Part shown: in pieces, positions 9,750 to 17,277 of the stretch
Position numbering within the stretch: position 1 is the first letter of the stretch
How the letters are laid out: every line of letters starts with the position of its first letter
From: a virus
Taxonomy: Duplodnaviria > Caudoviricetes
DNA: 64,000 nucleotides
Reading direction: 5' to 3' (one strand)
IMG/VR virus record: IMGVR_UViG_3300011335_000826
Span: 24,254-88,253 of that record
Translations under genes and position numbers: made by a program
The notes under the pieces: model-generated
What the model saw: only the letters and a program-made list of their open reading frames with translations
Told to the model about the DNA's origin: nothing
Databases searched by the model: none

Positions 9750-10745
9750 GTGAAAAAACTCATTACCATGTTACTCGCAGTTGTTGCATTCGCAGCAACA
9801 GCACAAGAAATTACTGGAGCCGGAGCAACATTTCCGGCTCCCCTCTATGCAAAGTGGGCCAGCGAATACAACAAGGCCACTAACATCAAGATCAATTATC
9901 AATCAGTTGGTTCTGGTGCAGGTATCAAACAGATCGAAGCCAAGACTGTGACCTTTGGTGCCAGTGACATGCCGCTCACAGACGACAAACTAGCAGCATC
10001 GGGCTTGTTCCAGTTTCCCACAGCCATCGGTGGTGTGGTTCCTGTGATCAATGTCAAAGGCATTGAGCCCGGACAACTACGCCTAACAGGTTCTGTTATG
10101 GCTGACATCTTCTTGGGCAAGATCACCCGTTGGGATGATGCTGCTATCAAGGCATTGAACCCGTCACTCGCATTACCTGATCAAGCCATCACAGTGGTTC
10201 GCCGTGCAGATGGATCCGGAACAACATTTATCTGGACCAACTACTTGAGCAAGGTCAGTAAAGAGTTCAAAGAGACTATTGGTGAAGGTACTGCTGTGAG
10301 TTGGAAAACAGGGGCAGGTGGCAAGGGCAACGAAGGCGTTTCTGCTATGGTTCGCCAACTTCCAGGAGCATTCGGCTATGTTGAATTTGCTTATGTAAAG
10401 CAGACCAAGATGAACTGGGTTAATGTGCAGAATGCTGCCGGCACTTGGGTTGCACCTACAGAAGATTCTTTCAAAGCAGCCGCTGCCAACGCTGATTGGA
10501 ACAAAACATACTATCAAATCCTCACAAACCAAGCAGGCAAAGAAGCATGGCCTATCTCGGGTGCTACATTTATCCTTGTGCATGTGAAGCCAGGCGATGC
10601 TGCTGCATCTAAAACTGCTCTAACATTCTTTGATTGGGCGTTCAACAACGGTGACAAAGCCGCAGATGACTTGGATTATGTGGCATTGCCTCCGGCAGTC
10701 AAAGCCAAGATCCGTGCTGATTGGAAGCAGTTGGGATTGAATTAA
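9750..10745 (+). CDS. pstS: Phosphate ABC transporter substrate-binding protein PstS
   Basis: Signal peptide, ITGAGATFP, YQSVGSGAG, FGASD, RRADGSGTT, GKGNEGV, WPISGATF. GTG start after AAGGAG. Confidence 0.96.
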   Translation: MKKLITMLLAVVAFAATAQEITGAGATFPAPLYAKWASEYNKATNIKINYQSVGSGAGIKQIEAKTVTFGASDMPLTDDKLAASGLFQFPTAIGGVVPVINVKGIEPGQLRLTGSVMADIFLGKITRWDDAAIKALNPSLALPDQAITVVRRADGSGTTFIWTNYLSKVSKEFKETIGEGTAVSWKTGAGGKGNEGVSAMVRQLPGAFGYVEFAYVKQTKMNWVNVQNAAGTWVAPTEDSFKAAAANADWNKTYYQILTNQAGKEAWPISGATFILVHVKPGDAAASKTALTFFDWAFNNGDKAADDLDYVALPPAVKAKIRADWKQLGLN

Positions 10746-10790
10746 ACCGACCTCAAGATAGAGAGGAGGCTGGAACTCGTAACCAGCACT

Positions 10791-10812
10791 AAAGGACTTC
10801 GGTCCTTTTTTT
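10791..10812 (+). terminator. Rho-independent terminator with UUCG tetraloop
   Basis: AAAGGAC-TTCG-GTCCTTT followed by a T run. Confidence 0.85.
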
Positions 10813-10858
10813 ATGACTATTTGTATATTATGGATCTGTCTTGGCACTAAGTATTTGT

Positions 10859-10921
10859 ATGAGTTGGTTCCGTCATAAACCCCCAAAATACCCTCCACCA
10901 CCGCCTCCAAAACAATTATAG
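10859..10921 (+). CDS. 20-aa polyproline micro-ORF (MSWFRHKPPKYPPPPPPKQL)
   Basis: Not in the ORF track. TAAGTA at 10848 lies 5 nt before the ATG, the same geometry as other late genes. Confidence 0.4.
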   Translation: MSWFRHKPPKYPPPPPPKQL

Positions 10922-11407
10922 ATGTTTCACTGTTATCAGTTGGAATAGGATAGTGCAGACGGGTATTATTACACACAAACTGCCCATGAACCACAGTGTG
11001 GCCATCATGGCGTTGTATTTCATCTCTCGATCTTTTTGCTTTTGTTCTTCTATACGCCGATCTTCGGCTCGTCGCTCTTCCATCATGCGTAGTCGTTCGG
11101 CCTGCATCTCGTAATACACATCTGCATTGCCGCTCCAAAACAAGATATCTTTTAGTTCTTTTTCGTGTGCTCTCAATGCTCTTGATTGCATGGCCATTTC
11201 CAGAGCCTTGGCATTGATCTCCGCATTGCTCATGCGTATGCTTTCTATCTTGGCCTTGGTAGCAGAGTGATGTAGCACATCTGCTGCTTGATAGAACTTG
11301 CTGAAGTCGTTTATGAGGCCGTTGACATCTTTGCCCAGTTGCACGGCTTTTTTGATACCGGCCACTGCGGCCTGAGCTATAGCAAAGGCTGTGAAAGGAT
11401 CTATCAT
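10916..11407 (-). CDS. Hypothetical coiled-coil protein with C-terminal transmembrane helix
   Basis: ORF track. Helical body and hydrophobic C-terminus. Coupled to 11404..11610. Confidence 0.75.
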   Translation of the reverse strand: MIDPFTAFAIAQAAVAGIKKAVQLGKDVNGLINDFSKFYQAADVLHHSATKAKIESIRMSNAEINAKALEMAMQSRALRAHEKELKDILFWSGNADVYYEMQAERLRMMEERRAEDRRIEEQKQKDREMKYNAMMATLWFMGSLCVIIPVCTILFQLITVKHL

Positions 11408-11610
11408 GGCACCCTCCTCATCCAGGGTTTGTCTTTAACTTCCCATTGTAAACATACACTAGGTTGATTCTGGCTGGGGTCCGAGGATCCAGTCCATCTC
11501 ACACATACATATTCTTTGTTCTTGTCTAATTTTCCAGTAGGAGGCGGTGGCGGATTGCTCGCACTAAGCGGTATTGATACCAAAATCAGAACAAGATAGT
11601 ATTGACGCAT
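11404..11610 (-). CDS. Small secreted protein
   Basis: Signal-like N-terminus, PPPPP linker, two Cys (YVCVRW...VCLQW). Confidence 0.65.
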   Translation of the reverse strand: MRQYYLVLILVSIPLSASNPPPPPTGKLDKNKEYVCVRWTGSSDPSQNQPSVCLQWEVKDKPWMRRVP

Positions 11611-11640
11611 GAGTCATAGCGATGCCATATATTTGAGGCC

Positions 11641-11673
11641 AAAAAGAAACCCCACTATTATTTAAGTGGGGTT
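11641..11673 (-). terminator. Terminator hairpin carrying TAAATA at its loop
   Basis: Minus strand AACCCCACT-TAAATAAT-AGTGGGGTT-TCTTTTT. Confidence 0.65.
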
Positions 11674-11695
11674 GGGAGAAAGAAAACCTAGTGTT

Positions 11696-12070
11696 TTACT
11701 GTGCGGTCTTTTTTGCTCGAGGTTTTGCTGGTGCCTTGATCGCAGCAGGCTTCTTCACAGCAGGTTTGCGTGGCTTCTTCACTGGCTCGGGCACAACCAC
11801 TTTGGTCACAAAGTCAGGATTGCTGGTGCTGGTTGCCCATTGTTCAGGTGTGAGTTTGTGTAAGCCAACACAGTATCCTGTGGCACTACGACCGCAACCG
11901 CATTTGGGTGGCTCGTTGGCCGGAGTCAATGGAATCGGGGTTGTAGCAGCAGGTGGTTCCAACTTGTATGGTGCTTGGGGCACAGCGGGTGTGGTCACTG
12001 CATCCAGAGGATGAGCGTATTTGCTTTCGGGTTTCTTTCCGGTAAAGAATTCGACGATTTTCTTGAACAT
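11696..12070 (-). CDS. CDGSH-like Fe-S/Zn-finger protein with Lys/Ala/Pro-rich tail
   Basis: CGCGRSATGYCVGLH (CxCxxS...CxGxH), C-terminal KKPAAIKAPAKPRAKK. TATAAATA upstream. Confidence 0.6.
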   Translation of the reverse strand: MFKKIVEFFTGKKPESKYAHPLDAVTTPAVPQAPYKLEPPAATTPIPLTPANEPPKCGCGRSATGYCVGLHKLTPEQWATSTSNPDFVTKVVVPEPVKKPRKPAVKKPAAIKAPAKPRAKKTAQ

Positions 12071-12131
12071 GGGTGTCTCCTATGCTTTATTTATAACTGG
12101 GCACATTTAGGCAAAAAAATCTGACAAAAAG

Positions 12132-12178
12132 ATGTGCGGTCGCAGCATATTTTGCCGAACTTTGCTGCGACCGCACAT
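12132..12178. repeat. Perfect 16-bp inverted repeat, each arm a PhaR-like TGC-N4-GCA box
   Basis: ATGTGCGGTCGCAGCA (12132-12147), 15-nt spacer, TGCTGCGACCGCACAT (12163-12178), abutting TAAATA. Confidence 0.8.
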
Positions 12179-12199
12179 AAATAGTGTTACAATAGAACA

Positions 12200-12255
12200 T
12201 AGGATGCTGCATGGTGCGGGTCCTATAGTCTACTTGCTTATCTAAGGAGAAACCC
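12200..12255 (+). ncRNA. Structured 5' leader, ROSE-like, paralogous to the hsp20 leader
   Basis: UAGGAU(G)CUGCA-UGG-UGCGG-GUCCUA hairpin, then TAGTC-TACTTGCTTATCTAAGGAGAAAC, nearly identical to 2131-2159. Confidence 0.65.
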
Positions 12256-12537
12256 ATGTTCACAGCAGACACAATGATCGACACCGTTCAAAACAGTAAA
12301 AAACAATTCGTCAAGACTTTCGTCACCAACGAGCACATCGCCGAGTCAATGAATCATTTCATTGACACACAGGCTGAATACACCAAAAAGGCTTTCAAAG
12401 CTACCACAGATGCAGCCATAGAAATCATGCAAGAAACTCAAAAAGCCATGCGTGAAGCTGCCAAGTTTGACTACAGCAAATTTGGCGAAGGTATCATGAA
12501 AGCATATCAAGCCAATGGGAAGACCAAAGGAGCATAA
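12256..12537 (+). CDS. Phasin-like (PHA granule-associated) protein
   Basis: 93-aa amphipathic all-helical protein (IDTVQNSKKQFVKTF...FIDTQAEYTK). Upstream PhaR-like boxes support the call. Confidence 0.55.
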   Translation: MFTADTMIDTVQNSKKQFVKTFVTNEHIAESMNHFIDTQAEYTKKAFKATTDAAIEIMQETQKAMREAAKFDYSKFGEGIMKAYQANGKTKGA

Positions 12538-12538
12538 C

Positions 12539-12724
12539 ATGTTCACGAAATTGGGAGATTATTTCGACCGAGCGGTGCGTTGGTTTAGTGAGCCACAGCA
12601 TTATGGAACCAAACTGGAACAATACATCTTGTCACACAATCCTACCTCCACATGCCAAGTAGAAGCATTGGAGCGTAAGTTCGAGCTGATGTATTCGGCC
12701 CGCAACAAGAGTTGGATGATTTAA
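12539..12724 (+). CDS. Small hypothetical protein (DUF3563-like)
   Basis: LEQYILSHNPTSTCQVEALERKF. SD AAGGAG, ATG 12539. Confidence 0.55.
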   Translation: MFTKLGDYFDRAVRWFSEPQHYGTKLEQYILSHNPTSTCQVEALERKFELMYSARNKSWMI

Positions 12725-12960
12725 ACGGTAGAAAACAGTGGTTGACCACTAATCCGGTTCCTGCTATAATTACAGCATGGACCGGATTTTTTATGGATGC
12801 AAAGATGACACCAACTAGTTTTGTGATTCAACTACCTCGACAGCGCCGTCGTGCTGTGGAGTTGTATTCTCGCGATACTCCATTCCGTGGGCGGGTGGAG
12901 CAGAGCAAGGTGCGTTATCAACGCCGCCCTAAACATGTTAACCAAAGGCATGAACAATGA
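12712..12960 (+). CDS. Hypothetical protein (start uncertain)
   Basis: Fills the gap in the operon and is ATGA-coupled to the next gene. Confidence 0.45.
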   Translation: MDDLNGRKQWLTTNPVPAIITAWTGFFMDAKMTPTSFVIQLPRQRRRAVELYSRDTPFRGRVEQSKVRYQRRPKHVNQRHEQ

Positions 12961-13181
12961 TTGAAATCTTTATACCTGTGCTGTTTGTATGCTTCAACGG
13001 CAACTGCAATTTCATGCAGGCTCAGATTCATTACAAGTCAGAAGCACAATGCAGAGCCAGCATTGACACTCAAAAGATTCATATGCTGGAAGTGGCCGAA
13101 CGAGCCAATCAAGGCAAGCTCACCACATTAGAAGGCACCTGTATAAACACCAAGGTGGAAGATTTGAAGGGTAAGGTATGA
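12957..13181 (+). CDS. Small exported Cys-containing protein
   Basis: Hydrophobic N-terminus and four Cys. Confidence 0.6.
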   Translation: MIEIFIPVLFVCFNGNCNFMQAQIHYKSEAQCRASIDTQKIHMLEVAERANQGKLTTLEGTCINTKVEDLKGKV

Positions 13182-13333
13182 CTCAAGACAATCGTGTTAG
13201 CATCGAAATTGATCTTGATCAAGATCTCTTGTATCAACTCATGCTAAAGGCGCATGAGCATGATATCACATTGAATCAAATGATCGAAAAAATCCTACGG
13301 GAATACCTTGACAAAGAAACTGGCGTATCATGA
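13178..13333 (+). CDS. Ribbon-helix-helix-like small DNA-binding protein (51 aa)
   Basis: Read manually: MTQDNRVSIEIDLDQDLLYQLMLKAHEHDITLNQMIEKILREYLDKETGVS. Coupled at both ends. Confidence 0.7.
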   Translation: MTQDNRVSIEIDLDQDLLYQLMLKAHEHDITLNQMIEKILREYLDKETGVS

Positions 13334-13548
13334 GATATCTTTTGATAGTTTTGTTTTTGTCTGGGTGCAGTAATCTACGACCCAATGTAGCACCGCCTAT
13401 AGATGTGAGTCTTATCCCTAACGACTGTGCCAATCAACAACGAATCGTCAACTGGCTGGAAAGCCAATCACAAGGAGAATGGAATGAACATGTCGCGCAA
13501 CTTCGCGGTCGTATCTGGCATCTGCGTTACACTTGCAATCCTGTGTAG
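13330..13548 (+). CDS. Lipoprotein
   Basis: Lipobox LSGC after a hydrophobic signal. Confidence 0.7.
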   Translation: MRYLLIVLFLSGCSNLRPNVAPPIDVSLIPNDCANQQRIVNWLESQSQGEWNEHVAQLRGRIWHLRYTCNPV

Positions 13549-13831
13549 TGGTTGCGCCGCGCCTAGATCAAGCCCTATGGGATTCGCAGATTTAGATTCA
13601 TTCCGGATTGATTGTTCTCGACGAGCAGAGCAGATAGCCCTGTTGCAGAGCATGCGTAGCACACCGGACGATCGACTCATTGCCCGTGCCAGCAATGCCT
13701 TACAACCTTGGCTGGCATACACTGATCCGGATCAGCATTATAACAATGCCACTCGCGGATATGGAAGATCAGATTGGGTGATCAATCAGAAACTGTTCGA
13801 ACTCAGAGATAACTGTAGGAGCAATCCATGA
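13484..13831 (+). CDS. Lipoprotein
   Basis: SD AAGGAG at 13472, ATG 13484, lipobox-like CSGC. Overlaps the previous gene by about 65 nt. Confidence 0.6.
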   Translation: MNMSRNFAVVSGICVTLAILCSGCAAPRSSPMGFADLDSFRIDCSRRAEQIALLQSMRSTPDDRLIARASNALQPWLAYTDPDQHYNNATRGYGRSDWVINQKLFELRDNCRSNP

Positions 13832-14385
13832 AACTCAGTATCCTTACACTGTCATTGGTAGCCGTGTCTGCCTATGCTGATTGTGTATTGCAGGACAAGA
13901 CTGTGAGTCAAAGTTCTGTAGTGATAGCCGAACGCACTCAGCTCACTGCTACTGTGGTACCTGACCCAGCGGGTAAACGATGCCTGGTTACTTTTCGAGC
14001 ACGAGTTGGTGCCACATGGTATACTGCCAACGGTGAATATGCTTGGCCCGGAGACACTCCTAGAGATTCGGCCTGTGCTGTGGCCGTGAAACGAGCAGAA
14101 GATTCGGTGCGTGACCAAGTGTCCTCCAGTCTGGTTATTTCGGAAAAGATCTTGGTATGTAAGGATGATCCTACATTGGATACCATCCGACAGACCAATC
14201 CGGGTACCGTGGGCGAGTTGAGCCAATTTAGGCCTCATCCGGATTATCCACGCTCGTTTTGGCACAATGGTACTCGGTGCCGGTGGTTCTTGGATACTGG
14301 ATTTACCGGAAAGACGGTAAGGACTTGGCAAGGGATCATCTGCAAGATCCATGATTCCAAATGGGTAGTAGTTGACAAGTTCTGA
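13828..14385 (+). CDS. Secreted Cys-rich protein
   Basis: Signal peptide ending AYA-DC and multiple Cys. Confidence 0.75.
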   Translation: MKLSILTLSLVAVSAYADCVLQDKTVSQSSVVIAERTQLTATVVPDPAGKRCLVTFRARVGATWYTANGEYAWPGDTPRDSACAVAVKRAEDSVRDQVSSSLVISEKILVCKDDPTLDTIRQTNPGTVGELSQFRPHPDYPRSFWHNGTRCRWFLDTGFTGKTVRTWQGIICKIHDSKWVVVDKF

Positions 14386-14400
14386 TTTTTGTGTTATAAT
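14372..14400 (+). promoter_or_regulatory. Sigma70-type early promoter
   Basis: TTGACA-N17-TATAAT, perfect consensus. Confidence 0.85.
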
Positions 14401-14434
14401 ATGTTTTTACAATCTTTGATCTGAAAGGACAGAT

Positions 14435-14563
14435 ATGAAAGCGAGTTTTGTAGTAGTGTTCATAGTAGCGGCTTTGCTCACCGCCTGTGGTACAATCGGT
14501 GGAGCAGTAAGTGGTGCCGGCCAGGATCTTTCCAAAGCCGGTGACTGGATCAAATCTAAGTAA
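14435..14563 (+). CDS. Entericidin EcnA/B-like lipoprotein (42 aa)
   Basis: Read manually: MKASFVVVFIVAALLTACGTIGGAVSGAGQDLSKAGDWIKSK (LTAC-xT...G.G.D...AG). SD AAGGA. Confidence 0.75.
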   Translation: MKASFVVVFIVAALLTACGTIGGAVSGAGQDLSKAGDWIKSK

Positions 14564-14571
14564 GGAATATC

Positions 14572-15135
14572 ATGAAAAAAGTTTTTACCCTGTTGCCTAT
14601 TGTTGCTGTGATGGCTGCTTGTTCTAGCACCCCCAAAGACGACTACGATAAACGAGCAGCCGCAGTTGAATCCAAGCGTGAAGCCGCTGTGGAGAAATCT
14701 CTATCCAAGGCACCTAGCTGGATGACCGAATTGCCTGCAAGCAACAATGCGGTGTATGCCAATGGATCTGCAGTCAGCGGCGACATGAGCATGGCAGATT
14801 ACAAGGCCAAACTGTTTGCATATGGCAAGATCTGTATGGCAGCTGGCGGCAAGGTCAGCCAACAAGCCAAGGTATTCATGCAGGATACCAGTGATGCCAG
14901 CTATGAGACCAGCGAACTGGCCATCCGCAGCCTATGCCCAGCCGTGGACCTCACTGGCGTTGAAACCAAAGAGATCAAGCGTATCGCAGAAGGATCTCGG
15001 TATCGCAGTTATGTATTGGTAGCATTACCCACAGGCGATGCCAATGCATTACAGAAACGCAAGGATACACTGAAACTGGAAAAACAGTCGGCATTGCGTA
15101 GTGCTGAAGCTTTCAAAGAACTTGAAAAGCAGTAA
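14572..15135 (+). CDS. Lipoprotein (LPP20-like)
   Basis: Lipobox MAAC, APSW, VYANGSA, YRSYVLVALP. Confidence 0.7.
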   Translation: MKKVFTLLPIVAVMAACSSTPKDDYDKRAAAVESKREAAVEKSLSKAPSWMTELPASNNAVYANGSAVSGDMSMADYKAKLFAYGKICMAAGGKVSQQAKVFMQDTSDASYETSELAIRSLCPAVDLTGVETKEIKRIAEGSRYRSYVLVALPTGDANALQKRKDTLKLEKQSALRSAEAFKELEKQ

Positions 15136-15137
15136 AC

Positions 15138-15713
15138 ATGGCATTCCATTCGGATACCAGTGGAGTCTTAGAACGCACACACTCCGACGCCTTGCATGAT
15201 CATGGTGTGTATGTGTTTATGGGGGATGTTGACAATGACAGCATCGCCCCTGTTATCGAATGGATCTTGCACGAAAATCTCGTTGCTAAGAAAAAGAAAC
15301 GAGAATTGCTGTTGATGATCTGTAGCGACGGCGGTGACATGAGTGCCGCTTTTGCTCTAATCGATGTGATGCGTAGCAGCAAGATCTACATCAAGACAGT
15401 AGGGCTTGGACAGATAGCTTCGGCTGGATTGATGATCTTCTTAGCAGGATCACCTGGTCGTCGAACACTCACACCCAACACATCGATCATGAGCCATCAG
15501 TTCTCTTGGGGTGCAGATGGCAAGGTGCATGAGTTGTTTGCCACAATCAAAGAGTTTGAACTCACGCAGAAACGCATGGTAGCGCACTATGTAGAATGCA
15601 CAGGGTTGCCCGAAGATGAAATAAGAAAGACCTTGTTACCGCCACATGATGTATGGCTCACAGCAGAAGAAGCCATGCAATACAAGATCTGCGATCAGAT
15701 ATCGTCTATCTAG
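15138..15713 (+). CDS. Divergent ClpP-family protease
   Basis: CSDGG, GQIASAG (Ser), IMSHQ (His), HDVWLTAEEA (Asp). Confidence 0.85.
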   Translation: MAFHSDTSGVLERTHSDALHDHGVYVFMGDVDNDSIAPVIEWILHENLVAKKKKRELLLMICSDGGDMSAAFALIDVMRSSKIYIKTVGLGQIASAGLMIFLAGSPGRRTLTPNTSIMSHQFSWGADGKVHELFATIKEFELTQKRMVAHYVECTGLPEDEIRKTLLPPHDVWLTAEEAMQYKICDQISSI

Positions 15714-17247
15714 ATCGTCTTTCTCTGCCCAAGGTAGCACGATCCATCCTGGGTTCGTGGGTTCTTCTGGCTGCTTTTGCTCCCGGACCGGTGAGTCGTG
15801 GTGTGCTGGTAACTGCATCGAGGTCGTCGGCGCCGGTAGCAGCCGGGGATCTATCCCAACTGGCTTTTCGATATTCTGTGAGTTTTTCCAACAGTGGACC
15901 TTTTTCAATGTAGTTGCGAACATAGATACGACCGTTGGGTCTATTCTCTATTTTCATCCTGATAGTCAGTAGTCTGTTCTTGGGGTTGTTGCGTTCATGT
16001 ATCACGACCTCTGGCCAAGTTTTACCACTGACATAACTGGCTTCAAGATCCATATCCTTTAGTCTATCAACCAATTTGTTAAATCTCAAAATCTTAAAGC
16101 CACCATCGCTAAAGTCCACAAGTTCGACATTAGGATCGCCTAGTGTGGCAAAGTGTGTGATACCAGTGGCGATGCTGTCAAGCACATTGGCCTCATCTTC
16201 AGGGCTGGCGTTTTGCAGTTCCTGTTCCAGTTGGTTGGCAGCATATTCATACACCTGTCCAAGTGCGGCTTTTGGACCCTTGGATTTCATGGTGGATTTA
16301 AAATCAGACAATGCAGGAGATATATCAACATCAAAGTAATTCCATAGAGTCTTTTGGGTATCTTCCTTATCTCCGCCCACTTGCCCAAACTGTTTAATAC
16401 CACCTACCTTCAAACTGGTATTGAGTCTGAGTTTGCGCGGCTGGCCATTTTCATCAGTGACAAAAACCCATACATCGGTCTTTTGTTCTGTTTCACCAGT
16501 GACCCCGTCAGCCATGATCACGATCTGATCTGACCGGCCATTGATATAAAAATACTTGCTGTATCGTTCAGAATCTGAACTGTTTACATAAGCAGCAGCA
16601 CTACTAAATTCACTGGCCAACAATGAGCGTTTGTCTGGATCCATGAGATCCTGATACGGCCCGGATTTAAGTCTCAGCACAAATGAAATTACATCTGCGT
16701 GTTTGTTATCAAAATCTTCTACTTCCACTTGATACCGATCTTCACCAGTTTGTTGCAAACTATCAAGAACATTGCTGATGTCTTGAGGGGTCACTGTGCC
16801 AATGTCTTCGTCGGCTTCGCGTTTGGTAAATTTAGCAAACATTGCGGCACCTAAGATACCTTCGGCTGTCTCTCCGCGATTGGCAATTTTTCCAACATCT
16901 GCATTAGCAGTGACACCGGTATACGCATTGAACGCTGGCCCAATGGTGCTGGCACTGCCAGTGATCAAAACAGATTGTCCGGCATTGTTAGAAAAAATAT
17001 AACCGTCACTGCCCTTTCCATATGAGACTGTAGGAAGATTTAAGATATCTTCTTCGCTCATTTCGTCGGCATCTTGTCTGGTCATGGGCGGGGTAGCATC
17101 GAACCCTTGTTGCTGTAATAATCCTAGTAACTTTTTCCCAGCCTCTGATCCTGTGGACACAGAAAATTGAGTGCCAGGCCCATATTTGGGTTTGCTGATA
17201 GTCACTTCGGTTATTATGGTATCAAGTGCGTTGATTAAATCTCTCAT
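15706..17247 (-). CDS. Large hypothetical protein with PD-(D/E)XK-like motif
   Basis: Start moved to ATG 17247 (MRDLINALDTIITE), 4 nt after TAAATA. NRGETAEG...KTDVWV...SLK motif. Confidence 0.7.
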   Translation of the reverse strand: MRDLINALDTIITEVTISKPKYGPGTQFSVSTGSEAGKKLLGLLQQQGFDATPPMTRQDADEMSEEDILNLPTVSYGKGSDGYIFSNNAGQSVLITGSASTIGPAFNAYTGVTANADVGKIANRGETAEGILGAAMFAKFTKREADEDIGTVTPQDISNVLDSLQQTGEDRYQVEVEDFDNKHADVISFVLRLKSGPYQDLMDPDKRSLLASEFSSAAAYVNSSDSERYSKYFYINGRSDQIVIMADGVTGETEQKTDVWVFVTDENGQPRKLRLNTSLKVGGIKQFGQVGGDKEDTQKTLWNYFDVDISPALSDFKSTMKSKGPKAALGQVYEYAANQLEQELQNASPEDEANVLDSIATGITHFATLGDPNVELVDFSDGGFKILRFNKLVDRLKDMDLEASYVSGKTWPEVVIHERNNPKNRLLTIRMKIENRPNGRIYVRNYIEKGPLLEKLTEYRKASWDRSPAATGADDLDAVTSTPRLTGPGAKAARRTHEPRMDRATLGRERRSR

Positions 17248-17251
17248 GTAG

Positions 17252-17272
17252 TATTTAGCCACACCATAAGTA
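17252..17272. promoter_or_regulatory. Back-to-back late promoters
   Basis: TAAATA on minus (17257-17252) and TAAGTA on plus (17267-17272), 4 and 5 nt before their ATGs. Confidence 0.6.
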
Positions 17273-17277
17273 TTGGA

